Notes: generated by a model not told the origin, from the letters alone. Positions 11,722-26,000 are shown, numbered from the whole stretch's first letter. The stretch: DNA of 63,500 nucleotides, filler included, from Rhabdomonas costata (GCA_019059605.1; 55 parts of 55 records of this genome joined end to end with filler, not necessarily neighbours in it); one strand, 5' to 3'. Program-made: numbers and translations.

Positions 11722-13899
11722 CTGACAGACACACACATACAAACGCACAAAGGCAAAAACAAGAGAGGAAAAGGCCTTCCCAAAATTAAATTGCTGATAT
11801 GTGGTCAAAGGTTAACGACGCTGTCACTGTGCGGCGATGGGCGACGCGCACGCACGAAGGATATCGGGTATTCCGGAAAGACTAAATGAAGACCACCACA
11901 CCGTACCACCCAAAAGTGAGAGATGAAAACGAAGTGTAACCGGAAAGTCAGGTTTGGGGGTTACCGAGGGTTTTTAGCGCGATAAAAGTGTCTCCAATTG
12001 TTAACCTTGACTGCAAAGTTGCTTCTTTCACATTCGAACCAAAGTTTGGTTTCCTTTTCTTGGTCTCTTGGTTCCCGTTTCCATATACTGTCGTTTTTCA
12101 GAGATTCTGGCTGTGTTTTTTTTGCCACTCACTTTTGACCCGGCACAGGCTCTATTTCCTCCCACAGAACGCAAAGGCCGCCCTTTCAGACGATTCCGAT
12201 CAGAGGAATCTCAGAAAGCAAGGCACAACTACAGCTCCATGGGCGCAATGCGGTCCCCACGGTGTTGTGGATGCAGCCGATATAGAAATCGAAGACCATG
12301 AGCCTCGCCCAATTGCATGCACAAAAATCATATAAAAGATGCTTCACAATATTGAAATTTGAAGAAAACACACCCAGCCCGGCTCGCAGAGCTCATTGGC
12401 AAGCTTGGATTTGTCCTCCGCCATCAGTGCGGCTTGGGCTGAGACACAGAGAAAGCACAGGTCAGTTGTTGCATAGAAAAGTCAACCGTTAATACCCTGG
12501 CCTTACCAACCTGAGGGTGCATCAACCCCTGAGAGCTGTCAACAACAAACACGACATCGCGGGAAAATTCACAGGTACTCTCTGGGAGACCCCACAATCA
12601 TCTTTTGGTTGGACCAACACAANNNNNNNNNNNNNNNNNNNNNNNNNNNNNNNNNNNNNNNNNNNNTTAATTAATTAANNNNNNNNNNNNNNNNNNNNNN
12701 NNNNNNNNNNNNNNNNNNNNNNGTGTTGTGTTCCTTTTTTTCTTCAAAATTGCGATTTTCTGTGGGACCCACTTCGGGAATGTCTGCCGTTGGTCGTCCG
12801 TCATCGAATTTCTTTCGCTGCTTTTATCAGCCGCGTAGTTTTACTGTGTGCAAACAGGCCTCCGCCCTCATGTGGCGAGAAAAGGGGTTGGGCTCTCTGA
12901 AAGTTAACCGCAACCCCACATCGGGAAAGAGCCGGCTACTTATGCGGACGGAGAACTTCAAGCTTGGTCGTGCCTTCACTTTGAGTGGGATGTGTCATGC
13001 CATTCTCTTTGCGTCGTCGAAGCAGGAACCTTTGAAACTGTCGTTGCAAAATATAAAAATTCTTTTTGGACGCTCTAAACCCAGTCTGGGGTTTCAACCT
13101 CAACGAAAGGCTTGAGTTGAATGCAGTAATGTCGCAAAACATTACAAAGCTCGAACTTTGTTGACTGTAAAAAGAGAAGAATCATGTGTTGAGCGTTGTG
13201 AGGACTCAACCGAAAAGAGGGCTGGAAGGGGAGACTGAGCTCAGCACTTGCGTGACCTCTTCATTCCTTTCATTCTTGAAGTTTTTCTTTCTTTTTTGAA
13301 TTGCGCTGTTGCAGTACTCAACGTGTATTTGGACAACAGCGTCTCCCTCGTTGTTCCGGATCAGTTCACGAACGGACTTCGCTTTAGCTGCTTCGAGGAT
13401 GGGCAGCCCGCTTCCTATTGCGTGCGAATGAACCGAAAAGTGTCCACGTGCACCTACGAGGAGCTTTACCAGCACCTGCAAAAAGCCAAAGAGGAGACTA
13501 TGGCGCCCCCTTCCTTTGGAGAAGCTGCACGTATTTCTGGGATTCCTGGTAGGTGCGCTTTAGTACTCGCAATGCAATGGGAGAACCAATGTTTTTTGTC
13601 CCCACTCTTTGCTTTTATTTGTGATTTTAAACAAAATTAATGGTTTGTTTTTGGTGTTTCTAATTGAGCTCTCATTTCTGAGGTCAACAGTTTGCAGTGG
13701 AATGTACATTAGGAAGTTAGGAAGTGAGGAAGTGAGGAAGTTCTTTGTGAGTGAATCGCGTGTTGCGGCAGAGGAACCCNNNNNNNNNNNNNNNNNNNNN
13801 NNNNNNNNNNNNNNNNNNNNNNNTTAATTAATTAANNNNNNNNNNNNNNNNNNNNNNNNNNNNNNNNNNNNNNNNNNNNTTTTTTGTGGAGACTGGGTG

Positions 13900-14520
13900 C
13901 AAAATTGTGGAACAACATTGATCCCTTGTGGCAAGTGTGGCGCACACGCGTTGTTCAGCAACCGCAAAGGGGTACAATTTGGCTTTTTTGGGCAAAGGGG
14001 CCAAAATCAATGGGAAACGTAGTTTTTGGATTGAAATGGCCAAAAGTGATTAAATAATAAAGCAGTGCTTAGTGCTACGTGCGCACGTTGGGTTGGAATG
14101 CCGGAAAGAATTAATTAGTGGTAAAACTCGTCTGATGGTGAGCAATGTGAGCATTGGATATGACGGAACTAAGGGAAAGCAAACTGTTAGACGATTTTTA
14201 CTGCGTGATGGGGCTTTTTTAAATAGAGCATTTTAAATTGCATTTAGCTCTCTATAGGCCACACAAAGTCTCAATATATCGTTGAATTTTGAAACAAACA
14301 GCACACCATCTCCTTAAGGACAGGTTAGTGGATCTATAAAACCGAGCTCCTGCAAACACTTTAGCTGCTTTCTCAGCTCCACATCTTCAACTTTGGACAT
14401 ACGATGTTGCCTTTGCGCAGGGATCTTGCTTTGCGGTTTCAAATCAATCCGGTAATGTGTTCTTCTGGAGTGGAATCGCTCCGGAAATTGAAGCTGTGAA
14501 AATTCCTGCAAACTACCAAT
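13900..14520 (-). mobile_element. Decayed Ty3/gypsy pol, start of reverse transcriptase
   Basis: HYRIDLKPQSKIPAQRQHRMSKVEDVELRKQLKCLQELGFIDPLTCP*GDGVLFVSKFNDILRLCVAYRELNAI resembles the gypsy RT N-terminus (SPY...VLFV...LRLCVDYRxLN). It has multiple stops and frameshifts. Confidence 0.85.
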
Positions 14521-15235
14521 TCAGCTTCTTATGGTTTCCAGGTGAACCCGTGAACATGACCAAAGACATTCACCAATTTTCTGAACCCAATCCGTCGGAA
14601 AATCAGCACTTTGTCGTGTTTTCTACTCCAACTTTATGCTCCAGTTTTTCTTCTCAGGTTTGTATTGGAAGAGATTGTCTGTTCACTCCGGTTTTGTAAC
14701 AAACAATGCGAGCGCGCGGACGTGCTTTCTTTCGTGCCATTTTGTGTGCTGTGCTTCCACTCGCGCCACATGCTTTTAATGAAGTCTCACGAATAGGACC
14801 AAAAATTGAACAAGAGAACTTTACAGTGGTCTCCAAATGTCTTCTGACCAACACCTACCCAAACATCTGATGGAGCCGAGAAATACCGACAAGCAGCAAG
14901 TGGCGCAAGCAACGATTTCACGTTAACCCCACACACNNNNNNNNNNNNNNNNNNNNNNNNNNNNNNNNNNNNNNNNNNNNTTAATTAATTAANNNNNNNN
15001 NNNNNNNNNNNNNNNNNNNNNNNNNNNNNNNNNNNNGTGGGGGTTGCACGACATATCATTAGAAATCAACGATAAAACCGCCCCAGCGCAACCTCACCCC
15101 CCACCCCACATGAGGAGTACCATTGCACCACACGCCAATGTAGGGAACGGCCCTGGGGGATCGGGGCGACGGTACAGCTCGGGCCAAAAGACCTACCGCA
15201 AAGCCATTCCCGAGGACATGAGCACTGGGGCAGAC

Positions 15236-15763
15236 CTCAGCGAGGCCATCCTTCGCACAGCACATTAGAACAGTGCGACCATCAGCAGCCTTCTTGGTCA
15301 AGCTGGCGCCCAAGTCCACCAGTGCGGTGAGGGTCTGCGGGAAAGAAAAGAACAAAATGGAGTGCAACGACCAAGCTCACTCTTAGTATCACATCACACA
15401 ACTCGGAAAGAAAAGACAGGGAGTACAGATGCAGGCAGAGAAGACCAATGCGCTTAAACAATGCCACCTCAGGCAAAGAAATGATCCTTCAGCTTCAAAA
15501 CTTCAGCAGGAACTTACCGCTCAAATAGCCACAAGGTTTACCCAGAAAATCTTTCGTCCAAAGATGTCCGGGTTGATCAGCACATTATCACCAATCATCC
15601 TCAAAGTGGCTGCGAATGCATTCCTGTGCGCGTGGGGTGGCAGGCTGAATTTCCCCACACGTACTTCTGCCAGGCCATTGTCCGCCGCACACATTGCAGC
15701 GGTCCACCCCCGGCTGTCTTGGGCGTCAATCTCTGCGCCACCTTGGACTAACTTCATGCAGAC
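15236..15763 (-). CDS. Ankyrin-repeat protein, two internal exons
   Basis: Exon 15763-15665 is VCMKLVQGGAEIDAQDSRGWTAAMCAADNGLAE and exon 15334-15236 is TLTALVDLGASLTKKAADGRTVLMCCAKDGLAE. Each is 99 nt, phase 0 and AG/GT-bounded. Confidence 0.9.
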
Positions 15764-16194
15764 CTGTGAAAAGGGCAAAAAGAAAAATCCGAAATTCACC
15801 GGAAAAAGCAAAATGCAATGCGAGTAAGTGAGAGAGTGCGCCAGGGCGGAGATAATGGGAGAGAAAAGAAAAATGCGTACAGAGCGAAGTTCGTCATGAC
15901 TCAACTTGCATTTGCCAAAGGGCACGTCACTCATTTGTGCACTGCACAGTCTTCACTGTGAAAGAGTAAATGTGACCTCCCTCCGCTTTTCATCACAGCC
16001 GCAAGAAGGAGCCAAAGTCAGTAAAAACATGTGCACGCATCAAGGACCAAAACCAAACACGCACAGGAAAATGCACAGCCGTCACCAAAAAACNNNNNNN
16101 NNNNNNNNNNNNNNNNNNNNNNNNNNNNNNNNNNNNNTTAATTAATTAANNNNNNNNNNNNNNNNNNNNNNNNNNNNNNNNNNNNNNNNNNNNT

Positions 16195-16368
16195 TGGTGT
16201 AAGTTATAGAACAGTGACATAGCGGTCGAACATCATCACAATGTTAGTAATATTTGCGCTTACACGTTTCAGTGCATTTCCATGGAGCTGTTGCAGAAAG
16301 AAAGAGCAAATATTACTAACATTGTGATGATGTTCGACCGCTATGTCACTGTTCTATAACTTACACCA
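16195..16368. repeat. Contig-terminal perfect inverted repeat with 63-bp arms
   Basis: 16195-16257 is the reverse complement of 16306-16368. Confidence 0.95.
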
Positions 16369-18890
16369 TTCATGAACCAAGAATATAGTCAACTTACAAT
16401 GAGGGAGCAGTCAATGGGAATTTTACGTGGGACTGTGCCCGTTGTCGCGGAGATGTAGTCCAATTTTAGCGCGTGAGCCTGAACAAAATGAGCCAGCTCA
16501 TGAATCTCACAATCATTTCAGCAGCAAAGTGTTCTTGGCATTTTGCCAGAACTTTGCTATCGTTTATTCTGTGAATTTTTTGCAGAAGAAATTATCATCA
16601 GCTGCACATGTATTTTTCTGGTGATCCTGAGGACAAGAGGCCTCAGGCTGCTATGTCTTCAACTGTCACTTGGGACCCAACCAGATGTTCATGTCCTCTT
16701 TGACAGTCCACCACGGTACATTATGGATCAGGTGTTTGCCATAATTTTGTATGAAAAGAGTCGTTTAATGCTGGTTACTCCATACTGTCCCGATGTCTCT
16801 TGGTACAAAAAGATCAAAATATTACGATGAGATTGGCAGTACTGTATGCAGCCGCTTTTTTGTACTAGACTGGCGCATTAAGACTGCGGCACTGTTAACC
16901 TATGGTATTATTGTGTATTAATCTGCCGGATCAATCTAAGGTGAATTCACCACTCACCTTCTGGTGGTTCACTTGCATCCAACTTCATGTCTTGCAATAT
17001 GCTGTTTACTTGACACACGTAACTTAGTTGCCCACCATGGGCATTCTTCCGTTCAAGTGATCCCACATACAGTTTCCATTCACTTCCCCCAAGTAAACTA
17101 GTTGCCACCACCGGGCATCTGACGTTCACTGCCCACAGCGCGTGGTAATTCCTCGCAATTGGGTCAATTTTATATACCAATTCCTTCGCCAGGTATGATT
17201 TTCTGCCGCAGGCGTTGCGGGAAGCTTCGGAAGAAGCAACCACACAGCACNNNNNNNNNNNNNNNNNNNNNNNNNNNNNNNNNNNNNNNNNNNNTTAATT
17301 AATTAANNNNNNNNNNNNNNNNNNNNNNNNNNNNNNNNNNNNNNNNNNNNCTCTCGTTTTGTTGCCTGTTCTCGTGCCGTTTGGTATGAATGGGAGTGCG
17401 CCCTAGTAATTGTGGGTGTTTGGCAGTCTCGGGGCTATCTGGCCCATGTAGTGCAGGTTCGAAACGAAGATAGTGAGCGTGGAGCCGGTTTTCTGTGCGG
17501 GACTTAGCTCACGGGACATGCGACAGTGTGTGCCAGGCTTTGATTTATGTTATGGCCCTTGGAAAGAAAGTCATCTGAGTTATGGGCATGACTGGCCCCG
17601 TACGTGAACACCATTTTAACACCAGGTTGGTTTAGACCTGTACAAACATCAGAAGGTCCCGAGGCGGCGAGAAAGCGCAATGGAACAAATGGTGTTGGTG
17701 GTTCTAATGGCAGTGCTTGATCTGTCCCCACGTCGAGGGCTTTACCGAATGAAGGACACGAGCCAGCGTCAGCTCCCAAATTTAACGTAGTTGACGATTT
17801 CCCTCCCCCAATGCCTCAACCCGTTTCCTCGATCAACGAGAAAGCCTTTGGTGGGTTTCATCTTCGATATCCTTCCCGATAGGATGCTAACAGCGAGCAC
17901 CTGAATCTATAGGGCTGAACCGAAGCCCTATAGTCCCGTTTTGCTGTAGATGTCTTTTCAAGCAGTAGCGTGCACCTTATAACAAAGATCTCGATATGGT
18001 TTGCGGTCGATTTGACGATCACCTTCGAGCTGACTTCGACCTCAGAGCGAGAACGAATTTGTTGTTTTTAGGTGCTGACGATCAAAATGAAGAGCGTTTG
18101 TCGTCAAACGTCACCAGCACTTCGTCCCCAGAATACCGTCACCTGCCCAAACCAAGCATTTTGGTGTGCAAGTTCTCAGTGCCCCATGGCCGAGCGTTGG
18201 CTCTTCATAACACTGATCATCGGAAGCATCCCCCAATCCTGCAACCGATAACTTGCTCAACCCTCCCTTCTCATCAGTGGTCTTCTATGCTTTTTCGTTA
18301 GTTCACGTCCCCCTCGTCGTCATCGATGAATGATTCACTGTGCCGCTCGGATTTTTTGGCCACTGGGTGCTGCCCAAGATGGTTTCGGGTGGGTCCTAGG
18401 GTGGAACNNNNNNNNNNNNNNNNNNNNNNNNNNNNNNNNNNNNNNNNNNNNTTAATTAATTAANNNNNNNNNNNNNNNNNNNNNNNNNNNNNNNNNNNNN
18501 NNNNNNNGGTTGTTGGGCAGGAAGCCTGACGACAGTGTGTGTGTGTACCCAGCAACAGCTCACCCTGAGCCGTCTTCCATGGAGCTATTCACTCCAGTGT
18601 AGTAACATTCACATCCAGTGGTGGAGCGTTCAACACGCCGTTACCAACGAACGACTACTTAGACGAAGACCCATTTGACTTCGCACGTGAAGTCACGCAA
18701 CCAAACTCCTTTGAATTATGAGAGACCATTGTCTCTAACGTCAACACGCGTTCCAGACAAACATCCTGAGTTGCCTGCCTGGGACATTCACGTACCTAAA
18801 GCGCATCCAGTGTCATCACTAACTGAATTCTCACCCTTGCAGCCTGTTGTTCATGAGCCTCCATGCCCACTAACTCCGAAATATTTTCCT

Positions 18891-18924
<34 letters not shown>
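18891..18924 (+). repeat. (CTAA)n microsatellite
   Basis: About 8 perfect CTAA units. Confidence 0.95.
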
Positions 18925-18926
<2 letters not shown>

Positions 18927-20828
18927 CGGATGATGATTACAATTCACCCACTTGACACGAGTTGGATCCCACGTTTATCCAAGGAACCACCACAGAAGGG
19001 ATCGCGCGTTGGATTTGCACAACTCGAGCCTCAACAGAGGAAGAGGCCAAAGACTATGTGTTTCACTCCTTCATACAGACCCCAATGGTTCCAGCACCAA
19101 GTACTAACTCCTTGACTCACCTTCAAGTCTCATTAAATGCAGTCACTACCGATGCACCCGTTGGTTTACCCCGACATGAAATGCCACCGCTCCAACACAC
19201 TCATAGTTTAAGCAACAGCATTGCTGTTCTTACTTGTCTACTGGTTTGCTTCCACCACCTCTAACCAATATTTCAGCAAACACCGTGTCAGAGGACAACT
19301 GCAAAAGCACATTGCCACTTCTGGTTACCTACCGCATTCCATTGCCATCTTTTCAGCCAGAAAAGGATGTCACGTTATCATGCCATCTGTAAAAATTTCT
19401 CCTCTCTTCATGAATGTGACTTTTCACTTCTGCGGCATACCATCAACTTCAATCCTACTTTTCCACTTGACGCTATCACAGTCAAGCGTAAAGCCTGTAA
19501 TAAACTCTTGTACGTTGCCACGTCAGGCTGCCGACGTTGGAACACTCTTTTCTCCCTTGTCGACNNNNNNNNNNNNNNNNNNNNNNNNNNNNNNNNNNNN
19601 NNNNNNNNTTAATTAATTAANNNNNNNNNNNNNNNNNNNNNNNNNNNNNNNNNNNNNNNNNNNNAGGCGGCGAAGTGGGGAAGCACCGCGGCGGACTGGG
19701 CGAAGAGCAGGGGATATGTATCGGTTTGTGGGTTTGTGCATAGGCGTGTGGTTGAGTTAGTGTGTCCCACGGCTTTTGTTTTGGCTTCAAAGCACGTCTT
19801 TGTCTCGGAAATGCCGCGCAGCCGTCTTCACTGCGTCAGTTTCATCCATTTCGGCAGCATCCAGGGCTGCAACAGTCATGCCGGCAATGCCTTTGCGGGT
19901 TTACCTTTCACAACTTGGATGTATTAGTACTGTGTGCCTGCACTGTACTGTGTGGGCTGTGGGTGGGATGGTGAGGCGGTGGGGCGTTATTATATATTTT
20001 ACTCCGTTCACAATTGAACCCCGTCACACCGCATACCTAACTTGCTTTTGGAAAATCTATTGGAAAAATATTGTCCAGTTGGCAGGTTCAGACACACTTT
20101 ACCTAACTCCTTGCAAGGAAAACAACGTCTCTGAGACGCGAAAAGTTTGGTGGTGAGCAGTGCTACCGGTTGAACGGTGTAATGCCTTTCGCACCTCCTC
20201 CAACTCTGTTCATTGCACGTCTTTGTAGGTGTGACCCATTTGGCTCTGCTTCTGCGCAGCCGCGCCGAAGCTGAGGCTGTCGCACTGAGCCCAGTGTTAT
20301 CCATCGCCCCCGCTCCCCCTGAACCTTCGTCCCTGCAGTGAAGGTGATGCGGACCGGGCAGCTTCGCTGTGCAGGCGCCGTTTTCGATTCTGCTCACTCA
20401 TGTTTCCAGCAGCAGACATTCCGTAGCCTTATTGCGGTCACGGTGTTCTGCCCGTAAAGTCAGCCGGTTATGGGACCCTCAGGCAAACGATCGAGCCATT
20501 TCTTCATAAAAGTAGTGATCGGGTGCCCCCCATTTGCCCCCCGCAGGCGTCTGAAGAAGGGCGCGTGGTGTTTGCGAATGCTGCGCTCAGTTTTTCGGGG
20601 TTTGGGACCTTCGCTGACGACGATGTGCCCCGATTGGTGTGATCCTTTCTTTGTTGCGGATGAGAGGGTTTATCATGCGTTTATTTCGTTGAAAGTACTA
20701 CCACCGTGCTTCCACAAACACNNNNNNNNNNNNNNNNNNNNNNNNNNNNNNNNNNNNNNNNNNNNTTAATTAATTAANNNNNNNNNNNNNNNNNNNNNNN
20801 NNNNNNNNNNNNNNNNNNNNNGGGTTTG

Positions 20829-20952
20829 TGGTCCCGTCACAAGGGCCTCTTTTCAATGCTACGATCATTTATTTGAAGGCAAGACGAAAACGGAAACAAA
20901 CTCTTCAAATAAATGATCGTAGCATTGAAAAGAGGCCCTTGTGACGGGACCA
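20829..20952. repeat. Contig-terminal perfect inverted repeat with 50-bp arms
   Basis: 20829-20878 is the reverse complement of 20903-20952. Confidence 0.95.
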
Positions 20953-22678
20953 GAGACTCCCTCTGCGCATCAACATGAGTATGAACCATCCCTAACGGGT
21001 TGGAGAACTGATTTTGTTAATTCCATGGGATTGTATGCAGACGAAGCCGCAAACAGCTCAGTTTCACGGATGGCAACTGATGATGGATGCATCCCATGGT
21101 ACCTCAGGCTAAACAAAAACAGTATTTATACAACAATTTGGCGCAATCGCTTCAAAGCCATTATTTTGTTATTCAACACGGCTTAGCCAAAAAAAAACGC
21201 TTGATGACAGAAAACAATACAATTTCCCAACTACGCAGCACTTGAAGTCCCCAGTCCTGGGATCGCTGCATCTTAATTCTGTTCTGCACAGGGAAATATA
21301 GCTTGACCTAATATGTAAAACGAATAGAAATGGAGAAACAGGAGCACTCCGATAACAGGGAGGACCGTTCCATCTTTCAGCTGCACCTGAACAACATGCC
21401 CCTGAGAAAAAAAGCAACAAATTACTCGACGGAGCGGACTCCCCAAACGGGTCACAACGTGTGCAAGGTTTGCCAGTGCAGTCACACTTCTTAGGGGAGA
21501 CTTTACCTGCAGTATCCATTTATTTTTTCGCATTTGACGCTTGTATTATTTTTTGAGTATATGGCTATCAAAGCAATAAGAGCACCATATACTTCAACGT
21601 TTCAACGAAAGGAAAAGGCAGTATTTCACGGCCTGTCCGACAGTTTTGATTTGAAAGAACGACAAATTTGCCTGTTCCGTTTGCGTCCCGATGCGGTCTT
21701 AAACCCTCGGCTGGGCAAGACGCACAGAGCCTTCAAAAAAGGCATTGCAACGGACCTACGACAGCTCAGAAGGACCGCTGGACATGGCAAGAAGAACAAG
21801 GAGGGAAGAATTTTGGAATAAATCACAATATAAGTAGTGATCTGTTTCACGTTCTATCGCCAACCTTGAACACAACACNNNNNNNNNNNNNNNNNNNNNN
21901 NNNNNNNNNNNNNNNNNNNNNNTTAATTAATTAANNNNNNNNNNNNNNNNNNNNNNNNNNNNNNNNNNNNNNNNNNNNGGTTTATTCTTGGCCTTTCGTT
22001 CGGCCCAAAGTCTGAAGCTTTTTGAGAGTGTATTTTTATGGGGGGGGCCTTCGCCTCCGCATATGGGTTTTTGTTTGAGCTTCGAGGGGAAGCAGAACTG
22101 CGCAGAAAAGGCAGTAAGGGCCGCCATTGTGGTCCTCTGTCCCTTCGCGCTTCTATTGGAAAGAGCATTTGTTTTGCTGAGCGGCGCACTTCTTTTTCGC
22201 CTCTCAGTTTCTCGCTCCATGAGCTCCGGCGAAGGGAGCGTCACTGCTTTTGGCCTTCCGGGGTTCTGTTGGCTGCGAGTTTTCTGATGCGGTGGTTCTC
22301 TCTGAGAATCCCTGTACTTTCACACATCGGCACGCTTTTGATGCTGGTTCGTGTTATTCCAAGAGTTCTGGTGCTGGTTCCCTCGGATCTTCTGGGATGA
22401 GTTCGGTGATACGTTAGGGTGCATTAACTGACCAGTGAATGCTCGGCTGCTTTTCAACTGTTTTCACGTTTGGATTTGGAGGGCAGATCTTAAAGGTTGT
22501 TTTTCTTTGCGGTGCACTGATGGGGATGATTTTTCACGTTACCGGAAAGTTTTTCCTCAAAATGCAACGTGCAAGAACGTTTCCCACCGTATGACTAGAA
22601 CGACCTGCCGTTGAACCTGTTTCTGGTGATGTTTTTCCTTTTGCTTGATGTCTCAGGTGTGTTTACACTGCACCAACA

Positions 22679-23035
22679 ATGGCCGCTGCGGTTGCCCTTC
22701 CACTTGCGGAAGCGTTCCCCACGTCGGCGTGGCAATACCCAGCCTCTGCGTCCTTTCCGGAGCTGAACCCGGCGATTCCCGCGGCGCCGTGGAACACGAC
22801 CACCACCACCACCACCTTTGGTTTGTGTTCTGTTTTCCTTGTGTGTACATGTCTTGGTTCGGATCCTGGGCCAGAGAGCAATGAAAAGACGCTCTTTGGT
22901 TTGAATCCACGTGTGCGACTGTGCTGATCTCCCTTTAGGGCCGATCGTCCGCGAGACACAGACACGGTTGATGTGGAGCGAGCAGGTGCCGCTGGTGCAG
23001 ACTTTCGAGGGAACGATTGCGCCGCTGTATTGCGA
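22679..23035 (+). CDS. Probable first two coding exons of an unknown protein
   Basis: ATG exon MAAAVALPLAEAFPTSAWQYP...TTTTTTTF(G), then a GT-AG intron, then GPIVRETQTRLMWSEQVPLVQTFEGTIAPLYC in compatible phase. Confidence 0.45.
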
Positions 23036-26000
23036 NNNNNNNNNNNNNNNNNNNNNNNNNNNNNNNNNNNNNNNNNNNNTTAATTAATTAANNNNNNNNN
23101 NNNNNNNNNNNNNNNNNNNNNNNNNNNNNNNNNNNGGTGTGGTGGAGGTCATCGCGGACTGACTCCAATCCTTTGTCAGCACGTACGTCAGCACCCCGAC
23201 CAGCACCAGGGAGAGCGTAGAGATCCCCACCATCCATACCCACAGCGGCAGCGCACACCACCGAGAAGGCTGCCACTGACATTGGCACAGATTCCCTTTA
23301 CAAAAGTGAGGGCAGCAAGGGAGGCATCGCTCTTCCCTCGGAGTGGGGGTGGAGGACCCCAAAGGTTGAATCTTGGTCCTCATCGCGAAGATCAAGAAGG
23401 GACTTGTTGAAGGAGAAGCAGGAGGAGGAGAAAAGGGACTCGACCGAGTTCCCCGTCACACTCGAACCGTCATAGGGGCATGAAGAGAAGAAATCCTGCA
23501 GAAGCATTCATGGGCGAAATCTGGACCTCGCGAACCCACGGGGACACCTTTCGACGTGCGCAGCGCGGCTCAGCCAGCTCATATTGTCGTCTGCTGCGTT
23601 GCCCGGCGGGCTGGTCTGTGTGGGCACAGGAAAATCGGGGAGGGGAAGTGGTGAAGAATCCTGTTCGACCCCGAGCCAGATTGTCGCGCTTGTCCTCCTG
23701 GAAGGTCCCCCGTGCATGCAATTCGCATCGCATTTATTGCCCGGGGGGGACCTCTGCTGGAATGGGGGAGGCGAGAAACGGACACCCAATCTTGTACATG
23801 TATTCACCATCGTCACAGTGTTACTCGGTCTTTCCGTCGAAACTAGCCATTTCTTGAGCCATGCGCTGGACTTTCGTATAGAACAGCGTGAAGTTGACAA
23901 AGGAAAGAAGAGGGGCCCAAAGCGGCAAAGCAGGAGACAGAAATACCACTTTCCAGCTATTGAATGTACATGTGCTTAGAGAAATGGTTCAGGACGCGGC
24001 GCAGGGAACGAAGGCATCAAGACAACCAGTGCACACACACATGAACAAAGCAAAAAGACCGTGTGGCAGGGCGTTGTCCCCACGGGCCCCAGAACTTTGC
24101 ACGTACGAGGAGGGAAAGACAGAGAATTCCCCAGAAGCCGGAGTCACATATTCCACAACTCCTTAAAGAGCTGCAGCCCTTCCCCCCCAACNNNNNNNNN
24201 NNNNNNNNNNNNNNNNNNNNNNNNNNNNNNNNNNNTTAATTAATTAANNNNNNNNNNNNNNNNNNNNNNNNNNNNNNNNNNNNNNNNNNNNGGGGTGGTG
24301 GTTCACCATTGACTTTGATGGGACGGTTCACGGTCTGCTCGTGCTCAACGTCTTCATTAATGGATTCCTTGATGTTGCTGATCATCGTCGTGAAATAAAA
24401 GGATGTGTGCATGGTACAGAAGTCATCCGTATTCTTTCTTTATTCTTCGAGGTTCGTACCATTTTCGTAAACTCTCCGACCCTGTCTCTCACTCAAACTA
24501 TTTGATGTCATCATCCGCTTGGCTCTGCAATCTTCATTGGGTGGTTTCTCCACTGCCTGCATTGGGCAAATTATATTCTTGTGGGCTTCGAATAGCTGTT
24601 TTCGATGTGGAAAATGTTTGCTCTCTTTTCCGTTCTGGGCGGTTTTGTATCTGGTTCACGCAATGAATTTAAACTTCTTCTCTGTCGGCTTCCAAATGGC
24701 GTAGTTGTACACCACTCCATCACAGAGCGGAGGCCCAGTTTGAGGTGAATTCTACTGCATTGCACTCCACGTCCTCCAGGGTCATGGTTTCGCATTACTC
24801 AAAGACCTTGTTGTCCAATATTTACCTGGCCATTTATTGTTGGTACCATCGCTTTTAGGCAACCATCATGCCATGGGTAGCCTTTTAATACAGCAGAAAA
24901 CAGATTCCTGCTTCCCCTGCAGCACTAAAGCCATGGAAAAGCTTGCATCTCAGAAGCTGAGTATATTGCGTCTTTCAGGAAAATTTCTTCTTACAAGCAG
25001 CATATACCGCATCCTCCCAGTCCTATAGTTTTGAAAGATGTGTGTGGTTACTCCAAGCGCACCAGCTGATGAAAGAGTCCATGGAGATATTCAGGTCCGA
25101 AACGTTTTTGTCGATATCTCCATGAATCTAGAACTTGCGGACACTATTTGCTATTTTCCGGAGTTAGGACCACTAGATGTTGTTCGTGTCAATGCCGTTG
25201 ACGTGACATAACTCATTGATGCAGGCCAATTCGGGCTTCTTCTTTTAGATAATCATTCAGAGCTTATGAAATGTTCAATTCATTGGCTGTCTTGACATAG
25301 TTGCTGAGAATGGACTGTCACTGCGGCGATACCTGTCGCAAACCACCCNNNNNNNNNNNNNNNNNNNNNNNNNNNNNNNNNNNNNNNNNNNNTTAATTAA
25401 TTAANNNNNNNNNNNNNNNNNNNNNNNNNNNNNNNNNNNNNNNNNNNNGGTTTTGTGTGGGCAGGGGTACGACGACCCATTTTCCAAAAAAAAAAATGCC
25501 GACCCTCCTTGGCCGGTTGTGATGCCCCTTGGCGGCTATTTCGCATTGTCTTCTGAGCTCTTCTTTCGTATTTCGTTGCGCTGCTGAATGATGCAGTTGA
25601 CAAAACTCAAAATATAAAAGTTCCTGTAAAGGCAGAAAAGAAACAAAATAATTCTGCAACTTAGTCCACTCTTCCCCTCGTGGTTCAATGATGGGGCAAA
25701 AACTCCGCACATACCGTCAACATTGCCTTTTCGGGGGATAGGGAGACGAAATTGACGACACCGACGCTAATTTCTGTGCAAATTTTGCTATTTTTGCCCG
25801 CGTTTCTTTTTTTTTTTTGCCGAATTTGGGTAACTTTTACCTAATTTCGGCTTCTTTGAGCATTTTATGGTCGTTTTAGGTCAAATTTTTTCTCTTTTGG
25901 GGCTTCCTGGAGACTTCACAAGCGAGCAAGGGAAGTTCACCGTGCAAAAGCTCTCCGGCAAGAAGTCCCAAAAAGTTTCGGAATTATTCGCAATTTTTTT

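Noticed and set aside
17400..17470. tRNA gene around GGTTCGAAAC
   Set aside because: No acceptor stem or cloverleaf can be built. The context looks like a short AG/GT-bounded exon.
18891..18924. Telomeric repeat
   Set aside because: The unit is CTAA, not CCCTAA, and the tract is short and internal.
24292..25348. Decayed retroelement pol (also 16400-17250)
   Set aside because: The composition is suggestive, but no RT, RNase H or integrase motif could be read.
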